The notes under the pieces: generated by a model
Seen by the model: only the letters and a program-made list of their open reading frames with translations
What the model was told of the DNA's origin: nothing
Database searches by the model: none
Shown: positions 26,751 through 39,556 of the stretch, one piece after another
How the letters are laid out: each line of letters begins with the position of its first letter
How positions within the stretch are numbered: position 1 is the first letter of the stretch
Source: the human T2T-CHM13v2.0 reference genome, Homo sapiens
DNA length: 64,000 nucleotides
NCBI RefSeq assembly: GCF_009914755.1
Contig: NC_060925.1
Reading direction: 5' to 3' (one strand)
Program-made: the position numbers and the translations under genes

Positions 26751-29101
26751 CCAAGGCGATTCTCATAAGGAGCCAAGACAGAACCACTCCCCAGCAGATA
26801 ACAGTACATACTGGTTTTGGGGTTTTTTTGTGTTCTTTTTTAAAAAATCTGTCTCCCAGGAGACTGAACAGGATAGTAGGAATTCTGGGAATAGTCAAAA
26901 ATTTAATACACCTGCAGTTCTAAGCCTTTGATAAGAAATGTGCAGCCAAGGAATTGCATTCCATTTTATTCTGAAAAAAAGTATTCAAAGAGTCTTTTTA
27001 AGAGTCTTGAACTGGAAAGGTGGTAAGAAGTTTAGCCTAAGCCTCACACATAAAATATGGGAACTCCCAGTAGGTTGGGGATTTATATCTGGGGGTAATT
27101 CCAGGGTTTTGTCCTCCCAAGAGATATAAATTGAAGCCTTGAGAGTTTAATGTGGGGGAGAAAGAAGTGTTCTCATAATGACACCTTAAAAATCCAGGGC
27201 TCTGCTAATGCCTAGGGATAGAAAAGCATCATCTGTAATAGCAGGGGGGTGGCATGGGGGTGTATTCTGGTCTCTGTACTTAGGTTTCCAAGATCCAAGT
27301 GTGGGTCATCAAGAACCTTCTTTCTCCCCATAGGTTTATGGTATTAGTTACCCAATAAAAGTTGGGTTAATTTTACAACCCAAGTAAAATTTAAGCCAAA
27401 AAGGCTTCAGCATTACTCTAGGATTTATGAAAGTAAACATGTGGAGTGCTTGCAGGATTGTGCAACAGTAAAATTTCAATGTCTTTATGTCAGGTATATG
27501 ATATATTCATTTGTATGTGTATTTAAAGGTTAAGTTTTTAAGAGCTTTGCAACACAAACTATTTTCAGTACTAAACTGAAGATACTTCCCCCACTTTCAC
27601 CTTTAAAATGATTCTTTTAATGAATGGGAGTAGAGAGAAGCAGAAAATTAGTGTCCTATCAGGTGATTTTTCCACTTGGTTTGCTCCTATACTTTGACTT
27701 TCTAGACTCCTACGCTAGACCTTCAAGCTGGGAAGTGAGCACCACAGCACTAACCGCAGTGCCTCTTACGATGTGGGAGCTTAGTAAATAACTGTCTTTT
27801 AAATAAATGTCCCTTTGGTCATTGTAAATACTTTAAGAATAGCCATATATTATCTCTACAATTTAAAAAAGCTTTTACATTATCTGATGGGATCATAATG
27901 ACTTTCCCATGTAGGGCAGAGAAGTCAGTTACTGTGTCCAACTTGTAGATGAGAAAATTGTGGCTCAGAGGGCTCAGACAGCTTGCCTAAGGATGCCCAA
28001 ATGTTAAACTCAGGAAGAGAATTTTGTTCTCCTGACTTTGCTCTGAGGGATTTTTACTTAGAAGAAACCAAAGGGGAAAAACGGTGTATTTTTTTTTTTT
28101 TTTTTGAGATGATATATTGAGGAGGAGCATCCAGGGTTGAAGTCAACTTATACACGTGGCAGGCAGACTTTGGTTTGGCTATGGTCTGCCTTTGAGAAAC
28201 AGCTGGATGTTCTGCACTCGAGGGATCTTGTGCTCATCGTAGGCCCTCGTGGGAGATGGTAGCCTCTGCCCTTTCAGGTTGAGCCTGCCATCTTGGGTCT
28301 TCATCTCCAGCCTTAGATCTCCAGTCCTTTTACCTGGCACATGAATCATGTCATTTCTGGTGTCCCTCTGTCTTCAAGATGAAATCTATTACCCCTCCTT
28401 ATAAAAAAAGTCTTATAATTTTGAGGCCGCAAAATTTTAATAAGACTATTTTTTTAAATTGTAGAGAAGCATGAAAGCAAACTTTCCATGGACATTTTCT
28501 CTAGATTTCCTTGGATTTAGTGACTCAATTCAAACTCTCCAGACTATGGTTTGCCCTGGTCCTCTTTGGGCAGGGTAGAGATAATGGAGGTTCAGCAGTG
28601 AAGAGTCACCTAACTGGGCTACCCTCGGGTTTCTTTCCAGCTGCACCCAGCTTCTCACCCCATGGATCCCCCTAATTGACGTGTCAGTTGGAGTGGATCT
28701 GTTCGCCCACGCCTTTGTAGCAAATGAAGCAGAAATAATCTGTGCTTAAAAAACAAAAAACTGTAGAACATGTGCCCAGATTTCCAACTCATTTCCTCTT
28801 TACTCCTATAACTACATCATCTTCCAGCCCACCACCAGCTGCGAAAATAAAAGCATTTTCTCCCATATTTAAGGATGATTTTGTGCTTCAGGATGACTTT
28901 CTGGGGGTGTAGGAAACTTGACCAATGTGACCAACAGATGTTTTAAGAACTGAGCAAAAGCCCAATTCCTTAGCCCAGTCTTTTGTATATTGTGCCCAAC
29001 TGTGCCCCCTAGTGACTATTTAGGGTATCGCGCAGTCAGAGCTTGCTGTGCCCTGTATGTATGTGGTGCATCAGCTAATGTCTGTCTATGCTTTCTTTCA
29101 G

Positions 29102-29229
29102 AGATGAGTATGAAGAAGATGGATTCTGTCAGCCATACAGAGGGATTGCATGTGCAAGATTTATTGGCAACCGCACCGTCTATATGGAGTCTTTGCACAT
29201 GCAAGGGGAAATAGAAAATCAGATCACAG
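29102..29229 (+). CDS. ROR1: ROR1 coding exon (probably exon 5), N-terminal part of Frizzled-like cysteine-rich domain
   Basis: Acceptor ctttctttcag at 29091-29101, donor CAG|gtaggt. 128 nt, phase 2-1. Translates (S)[42 protein letters not shown](A), the recognised ROR1 sequence. Not in the ORF track in this frame. Confidence 0.97.
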
Positions 29230-29991
29230 GTAGGTAGCACCAATGAAATTATATTTGTCCCTTGAATAACTATTTTTCTCGCCAAAAGTTTTATTGAGCT
29301 CCTCTCTTGACAAAGGATTAAGCTCAGCATGGAGGTTGGGAGCAGGACCATAAAAAAGCATGAGACATGATCTCTGTGCTCTGGAATTTACATTAAAGTA
29401 ATTTATTGAAGGTTGCTCTTAGAGGAAAAGGAAGCTTTGTGAAATCTCACATTCATTCAAACACTCAATAAATATTATTAAGTGCTTTCACCGTACCAGG
29501 AACTGAATCTGAATGGGAGAGGTGATGGTGTGTAAATAAGCCAGGTACGTCTCTGCCCTCACAGAGCTTACTGTTTAGAAGCAACATGATGTCGACTGAG
29601 AGGGGATGAATTTAGAGTTTAGAGTTCTGGACACTCATCCCAGAACTATTATGACAGTGAACTTTGGGGAAATCGCTTACTTTCCCAAAAAGTCCCCTTC
29701 TTCATCTGTGAAATGAGTGATGAAGCAAGATGACCATTGGTCTCTTCTTGCTCTAGCTTTCAATATTTCACTCTTCATTTTTCTTAATTGAAAGTATCCT
29801 TTTGATAGAAATCTAATAGCGAAGCACTTACTAGCACACATGAGTTAAAGTAGCATAGGCTGCCTCATAGGATTTTGCACGCATCGTTCTGGTGGTTACA
29901 GCAGCTTTGTCCCCTTCCATTAGTGTAGTTATGATGCCTCTGTGTCACGTATCCTTTGCAATCCATTCACATTGTCTTCATGACATTCTAA

Positions 29992-30145
29992 TGAGGTTGC
30001 CATATCTAGCAAATAAAAATTCAGGATACCCAGTAACATTTGAATTTCAGATAAACAACGAATAATTTTTTAGTATAAGTATGTCATAAATATTTATCTG
30101 AAATTAAAATGTAACCGTTGTCTTTTTCTTTATCTGGCAACCCTA
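29992..30145. mobile_element. MER53 hAT MITE with central deletion
   Basis: Termini tgaggttgcca / tggcaacccta. Internal tttgaatttcagataaacaacgaataattttttagtataagtatgtc. Confidence 0.85.
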
Positions 30146-30284
30146 GGGTCTAGGAGAGGTAAGAACAAACCCAAGGCAGAAACATAGAACAGCAAAAGGC
30201 CCAGAAGCTATGTGGAAGCTATGTGCTATGAGGAATGTGAAGGAACTGAGAGGAGGCTGGGGGGAAGAGGGAGGAGGACTTTTT

Positions 30285-30403
30285 TTTTTTTTTTTTGAGA
30301 TGGAGTCTCGCTCTGTCACCCAGGCTGGAATGCAGTGGCGCGATCTCGGCTCACTGCAAGCTCTGCTTCCTAGGTTCATGCCATTCTCCTGCATCAGCCT
30401 CCT
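30285..30403 (-). mobile_element. Severely 5'-truncated AluY/Sc-type insertion (about 120 bp)
   Basis: TSD ggaggacttttt at 30273-30284 and 30404-30415. Diagnostic gcaagctc and ccattctcc. Confidence 0.9.
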
Positions 30404-30613
30404 GGAGGACTTTTTAACCAACCAAAAGAAGCAACTGTAGGAATAGGTAGTTGCCATTTTCTGAAGCCCTCATTTCAACAGGAAGAGAATTCTGAAATTT
30501 CAAAGAGCAGTAAGACTGACAGGGAGGAGCTGTTAAACACCCATTTCAACCTAATGTAAGAATGCCTTAATGTACTTTTAACTGAATATCCACAAAAGCA
30601 AGTAGACATTTTG

Positions 30614-30924
30614 GGCCAGGCACAGTGGCTCACTCCTGTAATCCCAGCACTTTGGGAAGCTGAGGTGGGCAGATCACTTGAGGCCAGGAGTTCGAGACCA
30701 GCCCGGCCTACATAGCAAAACCACATCTCTACTAAAAAACAATACAAATATCAGCTGGGTGTGGTGGCACATGCCTGTAGTCCCAGCTATGTGGGAGGCT
30801 GAGGCATGAGAATCCCTTGAAACTGGAAGGCAGAAGTTGCACTGAGCTGAGAGCGTAACCCTGCACTCCAGCCTGGGCGACAGAGTGAGACTGTCTCAAA
30901 AAAAAAAAAAAAAAAAAAAAAAAA
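30614..30924 (+). mobile_element. Alu (Sz/Jb-like)
   Basis: Full dimer, gatcacttgaggccaggagttcgag, long A tail. Confidence 0.93.
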
Positions 30925-31841
30925 GTGGAAGTTTTGATGTAAATAATTGGTAACCTATTTATAAAAATCCTCTCTTGGAGATTTCTAATGGGTATCAGCC
31001 TGGTGGAAAGTTTTTTTTTAAATTCATTTACCTTTGTTTATCCCAGCGTTTCCCAAACTTGTTGGCTTGTTTCTCAAGCACTATTCTATTTCACATGATT
31101 AATGTTCTGAGCAACATACTTGGGGAAATAATGTATCAGCAACCTCCTAGGTTTCCTTGTGAGGTGTAAGCTCCTTGTCAATAGCGGTATTCAAAGGTAG
31201 GCTGGTGCGCTTTTTGTGCATCTTACCCTACTAGTAAGAGATTAAGCTAAGGAACCACTAATATTCGATGATACACATTGGAACAATTGTACTGTGCTCT
31301 TTGAGAACTTCCAAGTGAGTTGCCTCATTTTCAGAAGATGGAGTAGAAAGTATTCCAGCCACAAAGAAATTAAGCAAGTTACCCTAAGTCATCCAGCAAC
31401 TCTTGCCGTCCAGCAAGACACAGAACTGGATCCTGTGCTCAGGCTCAGCCACTGCGGAAACAAGTTCTGTCCCTACAGCTGTCAAATGTTTTAGAAGCCT
31501 CACAAAACTAATAAAAAGCACCAGATGAAACACAAAGTTCGATTGCTTTGTAGTAAAAAATGAAAAATATATTGTACTTTAACTTAATTAATTTTTTTAT
31601 TAGGAAATGGTACATATGTAATTTAATCCTGTTTTATTAACTTTGTAGTCAAAATGGTTTTTTTCAAGCCAGTGAAAGTAAGCTGCTTAGACATCTGAAA
31701 TGAATCTCCTTCTCTGGGCCTTGTCTGTTTCAGCACGGCGGATTCCTTGCAATGTGTGTTTATATCTGATATCCGTTGACTAGATAACCAAAGAAGATAA
31801 ACCCTGGCCTCTGGGAGTTAATAATTGTGTTTGTTTTCCAG

Positions 31842-32159
31842 CTGCCTTCACTATGATTGGCACTTCCAGTCACTTATCTGATAAGTGTTCTCAGTTCGCC
31901 ATTCCTTCCCTGTGCCACTATGCCTTCCCGTACTGCGATGAAACTTCATCCGTCCCAAAGCCCCGTGACTTGTGTCGCGATGAATGTGAAATCCTGGAGA
32001 ATGTCCTGTGTCAAACAGAGTACATTTTTGCAAGATCAAATCCCATGATTCTGATGAGGCTGAAACTGCCAAACTGTGAAGATCTCCCCCAGCCAGAGAG
32101 CCCAGAAGCTGCGAACTGTATCCGGATTGGAATTCCCATGGCAGATCCTATAAATAAAA
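31842..32159 (+). CDS. ROR1: ROR1 coding exon (probably exon 6), remainder of FZ/CRD domain
   Basis: Acceptor ttgttttccag ends 31841, donor AAA|gtaagt. 318 nt, phase 1-1. (A)[33 protein letters not shown]...[14 protein letters not shown](N) matches ORF 31853..32170. Confidence 0.98.
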
Positions 32160-32364
32160 GTAAGTGGTAGCCCCTGACCTTCTGTGCTCTTCTAAGGGTC
32201 AGCAACCTGTTGGCACAGGGAAAACTGGACCTTGACCCATAGTGATTTTCATACTGTTAATCAAATTATTTTCCAATGGGCTGAGTACTGTGCCTGAGCA
32301 TTCAGTGGTGGATTAGACATAGTTATCTTCAAGAAGCTTCATGAAGACAATAATTTTAAAATAT

Positions 32365-32915
32365 TGGAGCTGGTTTCTCAATAACTTAAACATAGAATTA
32401 CTATATGACCTAGCAATTCTACTCCTGAGTATGTAATCAAAAGAACTGAAAACAGATGTTCAAACAAAAACTCATATGAGAATGTTTATAACAACACTAT
32501 TTACAATAGCCAAAAGGTGGAAATGACCCAAATGCCATCAGTAGAGGAGCGGTTAAACAAATTGTGGTATATCCAGACAGTGAAACATTATTTATCCATA
32601 AAAAGGAATGAAATACAGATACGTGCTACAAACCTGGATGAACCTGGAAAACATTATACTAAGTAAAAGAAGCCAGACACCATTGTATGATCCATTTATA
32701 TGAAATTTCCAGAATAGATAAATCCATATAGACAGAATTCAGATTAGCGGTTACCAGGGGCCAGGCTAGGGGTAGTGGAGAGTGATTGTTTAATAGATAT
32801 GGGGTTTCCTCTTAGGGTAATATAAGTGTTCTAGAACCTATAGTGGTGAAGGTTGTACAATATTGTGAAAGAACTAAATAAATGCACTAATGGTACATGT
32901 AATGGTAAGTGTATT
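32365..32915 (+). mobile_element. L1MB-type 3' end fragment
   Basis: ttaaacatagaattactatatgacctagcaattctactcct...aaaaggaatgaa...atgaacctggaaaacattatactaagt. Confidence 0.85.
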
Positions 32916-32921
32916 ATAGCA

Positions 32922-33298
32922 TGTATCAGTACATTCTCACATTGCTATAAAGAAATACCTGAGACAGGGTAATTGATAAAAAAAGGAAGTTCAATTGGCT
33001 CACGTGTGGTTCTGCAGGCTGTACAGGGAGTATAGCAGCTTCTGCAGAAGGTGAACGGAGAGCAAGCTTCTTACATGGCAGGAGCAAGAGAGTGAGTGGG
33101 GAAGTGCCACATGCTTTTAAACGGCCATGAGAATGAGAACTTACTATCCCAAGGACAGTACCACGGGGGGTTTGTGCTAAACCATTCACAAGAACCCTGC
33201 TTCCGTGATCCAGTCACCTCCCACCAGGCCCCACCTCCAACCCTGGGGATTGCAATTCAACATGAGATTTGGTGGGGACACAGACCCAAACCATATCA
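32922..33298 (-). mobile_element. MST-family (MaLR) solo LTR
   Basis: tgtatcagt...attgctataaagaaatacctgaga...catgagatttggtggggacacagacccaaaccatatca is the reverse complement of TGATATGGTTTGG...TACA. Confidence 0.88.
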
Positions 33299-34137
33299 TA
33301 CCGCCATTTTAAAGATATAGATGGGTTTGCCTCCATCCCCTACCCCATCAGCAGCACCACGCAAAAGACTATTTCAGTGTACATTTCCCTTTCATCTAGA
33401 ATTAATCTCACCGGCAATTTTTCAGTTTCCTTTTGATCGTTAATACTATTTTGTGAGTTAAGTAAATGAGTGCATCTAAAATGCTTAACACATGGTAAGG
33501 GCTCAGTAGCAACATTATTATTATTGTCATTACTCCTCCAAACTCCAGTTCAGTTCGACTGTGTAGATTCTGCAGTGCTTTTAAGCCCCTCTGGCCACGT
33601 GCGAGGTCTTCTTAATGGGATCTGCTTCTCAAGGGTGCCGACCCCATCAGCACAGAGATAGCCCCCACTTTTGTTAGAAACCCAGAATGCACAGCCTCTG
33701 ATAAGCATGTTCTGTGAATTACAATACCAACTAGATTCCTTATTACATGATTTCATGTCTAAGGCTGTCAGTCAGAATGGAAGGAAAAGTTTGGCTTGAA
33801 CCTTCCTTGAACCATTCACTAGGAAATTACTTCTGTGCCCCCAGGTCCCACCCCAGTTCCGATTTCTTCTGTGTTCAATGTTAGAAATACTTTTGGAAGA
33901 CTGATTTTATTCCTGAAGCAAAAGCTTTAAATCCTCCCAGGAATGTAACTGCAAGGCAGGCCCTGGGTCCAAGCCCAGCAAAGCAGGGAGACTGTCCTGC
34001 ATGGCCCCTGACCAGCAGGGAAGCTGTGGCCACGAGGTTAATTACCTGCCCTCCCCTCCAGAAACTGCTGGCTAGAGGAGAGCTCCAGCATCTCCTATGT
34101 TTCTTTCTAATTGTTTGGGTTTTTGTGTGTTTTTCAG

Positions 34138-34383
34138 ATCACAAGTGTTATAACAGCACAGGTGTGGACTACCGGGGGACCGTCAGTGTGACCAAATCAG
34201 GGCGCCAGTGCCAGCCATGGAATTCCCAGTATCCCCACACACACACTTTCACCGCCCTTCGTTTCCCAGAGCTGAATGGAGGCCATTCCTACTGCCGCAA
34301 CCCAGGGAATCAAAAGGAAGCTCCCTGGTGCTTCACCTTGGATGAAAACTTTAAGTCTGATCTGTGTGACATCCCAGCTTGCG
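34138..34383 (+). CDS. ROR1: ROR1 coding exon (probably exon 7), kringle domain
   Basis: Acceptor tttttcag ends 34137, donor GCG|gtaaat. 246 nt, phase 1-1. (N)[27 protein letters not shown]...[17 protein letters not shown]...CDIPAC(D) has the kringle YRG, CQPW, YCRNP and PWC motifs. Confidence 0.98.
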
Positions 34384-34970
34384 GTAAATAGAAGTCATTG
34401 CCCCTAATGTATTCAATCATCTTTAAAGATCCCTATCCTACCCCTCTTATTTAGGAGAATCCTATAAGGGGGGCAAAGAAAATGGACAGTATTTGCTTGA
34501 TCTCAATCTGGTTTTAGGGTAAACCTTGCCGTTTCTACATAAAACACCTCGTAAGGTACCAAAACACGTTCTCAAGAAGTCAACTGCCTTTATACCTGCA
34601 GCCATTGCACTCATGGATGTAACAGGGACCCAGCCCTTCAGAGGCACAGTTGAGACAGTTTATCACATTGATTTTTATAGAAAAAGATGTTACCCAGAAT
34701 GGTCTGCGTCCAAGTGGACCTTTTCAGCAAAAAAAGGAATATTGGAAGCAGGAAGAAATTGTTTTCTGTATGCCTTAAGAACACCACAAGGCAGGATGAA
34801 TCTACAACCATTACTCGGTCATCCAGGACAATCTGTGGGTAAACTGTGTCCTTCGTTATGTCTGTTAATACTGCAGAAGAAGCATATAGGTATCTAGTAA
34901 GAAAATGGAATTCCTGAGTCAGTTAACTGTTCCTTTTTCTAGAAAATGTTTGGAGAAAATAATGAAAATG

Positions 34971-35113
34971 GGCCAAGCATGGTGGCTTATACCTGTAATC
35001 CCAACACTCTAGGAAGGCCGAGGCAGGAGGATCATTTGAGCCCAGGGGTTCAAGACCAGCCCAGGCAACATAGTGAGACTCCATCTCTACCAAAAAAAAG
35101 AAAAAAAAAAAAA
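34971..35113 (+). mobile_element. FLAM / Alu left monomer with A tail
   Basis: ggccaagcatggtggcttatacctgtaatccc...ccatctctacc then A-rich 35092-35113. Short TSD gaaaatg. Confidence 0.9.
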
Positions 35114-35339
35114 GAAAATGTTGGTGAAACCTGGAGTTAGGAACTATTTTGGAACTAATTCATCTTCCTGATCCTAGTTCTCATAGATATCATAGATAAT
35201 GCCAAGTTTCCCAGGCATAGTGGGAGAGTCAGGATGTCACTGCTGGAAAAGCAAAAGCTACAGGGTAGGAGGGTGGGCAAACAAGAGCAATAGTCATGGG
35301 ACCCACAATACAAAGTGAGCTCGGTGTTTAACCAGATGA

Positions 35340-36145
35340 TTATTCAAGCCATTCATTCAGAATATTTGTTGAGTACCTACTAAGTGCCAAGTACTTACTC
35401 ATCCGAGCATGGGGAGACGCCAGGGACCCTAAGGAGGGAGTAGGCATAGCACATCCACAAAGAAGCAAGGAGTCATGGAGGCGGAACAAGCAAAAGGGAG
35501 AGTAGCAGAAGATTAGGTCGGGAAAGTAACAGGACCCAATCATGTAAAGCTGTGTAGGCCATTGGAGGACTTAAGCTTTGACGCTGAATGAGTTGGGAAA
35601 GCATGAGAGGGTTTTGAGCAGAAGGGTGACATGACCTGACTTATATGTTTGAAGGCTCACCTGGGCTGCTGGGTTGAGACTAGCCTGTGGGAAGGATGCA
35701 AGAGCAAAAGCAAGGAGATCAGTTGGGAAGCTACTGCAGGAATGCAGGGGAGAGATAAAGTGGCCTTGACAGGAGGAGGAGTGGAAGACGGAGGGACACG
35801 TGGGCAGATTCTGGATATGTGTTGAAATTGGAGACAAGAGGAGTCACTGATGGATCAGATGTGGGATATAAATGATGGAAGGAATCAAGAGTGACTCCGG
35901 AGCTTCTCCATGGAATTGCCTTTTGCTGAGACGGAGAAAACTATAGGAGGAATAAATTTAGTGGGAGCTGGAATCAAGAGTTTTTGTTCATGCTGAGTTT
36001 GAGATGCCTTTTAGAAATCCAAAAAGAGATACTGAGGAGGCAGTTTTATATCACAGACTGAAGTTCAAGTCAGGGTCTGGGATGAGATGGATACGAAGGA
36101 AATGTTGGCATACAGATGGCATGTAAGGCCATGACACCTGAAGGA
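35340..36145 (-). mobile_element. L2a fragment
   Basis: cattcattcagaatatttgttgagtacctact...gagggttttgagcagaagggtgacatgacctgactt...gagtttgagatgcct. Confidence 0.8.
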
Positions 36146-37762
36146 AAGAGGAGCATATCTACTTAACAAAAGAGAAGGAAATGTCAGTGCAAGACAATGA
36201 AAGCTAGCTTTAGACTCTGGGTCAGGGGCAGTAGCCTCAGTTCCTAATGTAATAATGATCTAACTGAGTGGCTACCATGTGCCAGATCCTATGTGAGACA
36301 CCTTACCTCTGTCACCTCATTCAATCTTCATATCCAGCTTCTATCATCCTCATGTTATGGATAAGAAAACTGACACTCAGTAAGAATTAAGAGGTTTGCT
36401 CAAAGACACTCAGCTATCAGTGACTGAATCATGATTTTAACTCAGGTCAGCCGGATTCCCAAACCTGTTGGCTCTTTCCACTAAGCATACTCTCTCTCTA
36501 GAGAGCAAAATGAATCTGCTTAATGGCAACAATAACAGGTAAACAATAAATATATAGTTTGTAGTAAAAGCAGTTTATTGTAATAGGTAAGGACATGGGT
36601 TCTCATGTTTAAGTGCCTGGGTTTGAATCCCAGGTCTTCAATGAAATAGCTGTGTGCTCTTAGCCCCTTCTAATCTCATTTTTCTTATCAGTAAAATGAG
36701 AAAATAATGATATACACTTAGGATTTATTGTGAGAATAAATTAGTTGTTAACTGAAAAACCCTATGATGTCCGAACATAGTAAATGTTCAGTACACATTA
36801 TCTATTATTATATAGTCAATATATAAAGATAAATCGATTCGAATTATCACATAGTCAACATATGTAAATAAATGCTTGCTCTCAGCTCAGCAAATATTGT
36901 TTGAGAGCCCACCATGGAGTAGGGAGGTTATAAGAGGAATAAAATGATTCATGCTTTTGAGGTATGTCAGTTACAATGCAGTATGTATGATACAATAGAA
37001 GTTAGCACAAATGTTATGGAACAAAGAAGGGGAAGGGCTTAAAAAATTACTAAAGAAATCCATAAGAAAAAGTTTTAAAAATATTGAAAAGAACCCTAGT
37101 GATGAAAATTTGAGAGACCCTTATTCTATAATTTTGTTCCTACCTGTTACTTGTTATTATAGTGACTTTACTTGCAAAATGGTTTTACGGAAAGTTGAAC
37201 ACAACAAATTTTAGAAAGATCACCACACCCCCTTTGTGTTGCCGGGTTTCATACACCTTCATATGGGCTTTAATATACTTTCATACGTATTACAAAGTAA
37301 CCTCTTGCAGAGCCATTGTTGATCATTTCAAGGAAAATTATTCTGTATTTTGTAATGGTTTGCACTTCATTTATGACATTTTCCGTGTTATTTTCAACAG
37401 TGATAAGAAAGGAATAAAAACAAAACATAGATTTACTTAGTTGCCCCATTCCTTCTCCTAAACCAGGTAAGGTATGAGAGTCTGCAAGAGAGTCCAGGAT
37501 AAAAGCAGTACTTACTAAGCACCTTCCACGCACCAGGCACAGTGCTAGGGTTTTCACATGCTTTCTTTATCCTCATCCTCATACTCTGACAGGTATTATT
37601 AACCCTATTTTTGCTGATACAGAAGCTGAGGCTGAGAAAGCCCCAGGGTCATCCAGCTAGTAAATGGAAGGTCTGTCTGATTCCAAGCTCATCTTCTTGC
37701 TACTCTTCTGTGCTACTTCGGGTTATTGGTTGATGTACAGAGGAAACCAAATGAACTGGTTT

Positions 37763-37898
37763 GTTTTGTTTCTTTGTTTTTTGAGACAGGATCTTGCTAC
37801 GTTGCCCAGGCTGGTCTCTAACTCCTGGGCCCAATAAATCTTTCTGCCTTGGCCTCCTGAGTACCTGGGACTACAGGCATGCACCACCATGCCCAGCT
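37763..37898 (-). mobile_element. FLAM (free left Alu monomer)
   Basis: T-rich tail, gagacaggatcttgctacgttgcccaggctgg...catgcccagc. TSD aaatgaactggttt (37749-37762) / aaatgaattgtttt (37901-37914). Confidence 0.88.
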
Positions 37899-37901
37899 TT
37901 A

Positions 37902-38255
<354 letters not shown>

Positions 38256-39556
38256 CTAGGTAAACACTATTGTTCTTTGGGTGACTTCTGACCCTTAATT
38301 TCCAACCAATGCCTATCAGAAGTAGGGAAGTAATTTGTCCAGAAGCTGGAAGACATATTGATACTCTGATTCAAGGACTCAAGCTCTATTACGATTAGTT
38401 TAAGCAAGGATTACAAATTATACCTAAAGTACTCGTTTTCATTTCGATGCCCTTCCTGCAGCATCCAGATCAAACCCATGCTAGGAGGGATGAAAGAAAC
38501 CTTCGAAAGGTCTTTCAGACTGAGTAGAAAGAGGGAGATCACTTACATCTACAGGATACCTACTATGTGCCTGCATGGTGCCTGGTGCTTTACATATTCA
38601 TCTCCATTTAAAATTCACAACCATGCTGTGGGGTAGGTATGATTAACATATTTCACTGAGGTTCAAAGGGGCTACAGGACTTGTCTAAATCACACAGCCA
38701 ACCACTGTCTGCATAGAGCTCTGACCAAACTCAAAGCTCATGTTCTTTTACCAGACACTCTGCTATCTCTCATTTGAAGATTTTTCTGAAATAAATACAA
38801 GCATGGTGATTGGTTCCACCTCTGGATTACATCATGCCGATTTCCATTATATGATATGACATCAAAATCTTCCCGTGCTGATGAAGAACTCTATCATAGT
38901 ATTACTCAGTGTGTTATTATCTTAGTATTAATCAGTATAGCAATGTTGAAAACCCTTGGAATATTTCTTTTCTGAATATATGTGCAGAGGACACAGTGAA
39001 AATCCTGAGGACTGGTTAATACTAGTCACATGAGAGATGAATTTAGATGAAAGTTAAATATAGAGATGACAAGGCAGTTTTCACCACTTAGATTTTTTTT
39101 TAAAGAACATTTTCATTTTATTTTAAAACAAAGCAGTTCCTCTTGAATTCTTCAAGCCAAGCCACGAATATATCCATTAAAGGAACAGGGAAGCCTTGAC
39201 ATATGATCAATAAGCTGCTGGAGGGCCAGTAGCTCCCAGGTGGGATTCCTGAGAAGACAGTAGGTCAGCATCAGCTGTGCTCAGGGGTATGCGTGTCTTC
39301 TCCCAGTCGCCCTCAGCCCACCTCTAACAAACTGATCATCATGGAATCCTATTTTTATAACTCCTTTGGGGCATTTGATTTTTTTTTCTCATTTCATTGT
39401 CACAAAACCATGAAAGATCAAGTAGGAATTTCCAGCCCTGTTTTACCATATGAGAAAATCAAGGCCCAGAGAAGTGAGAAGGCTTACCTAAGATCACAAA
39501 TGAATTCATGGAAACCAGGTCTCCTATCTCTAGGACCACTGCTCTTTGTTCTACAC

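Noticed and set aside
28127-28212. Short inverted repeats (aggcagac/gtctgcct, catccag/ctggatg)
   Set aside because: Stems of only 7-8 bp with large asymmetric loops, expected by chance in 64 kb.
34526-34897. 123-aa ORF just after the kringle exon
   Set aside because: Starts at a non-ATG codon, has no recognisable domain and is not in continuity with the ROR1 frame.
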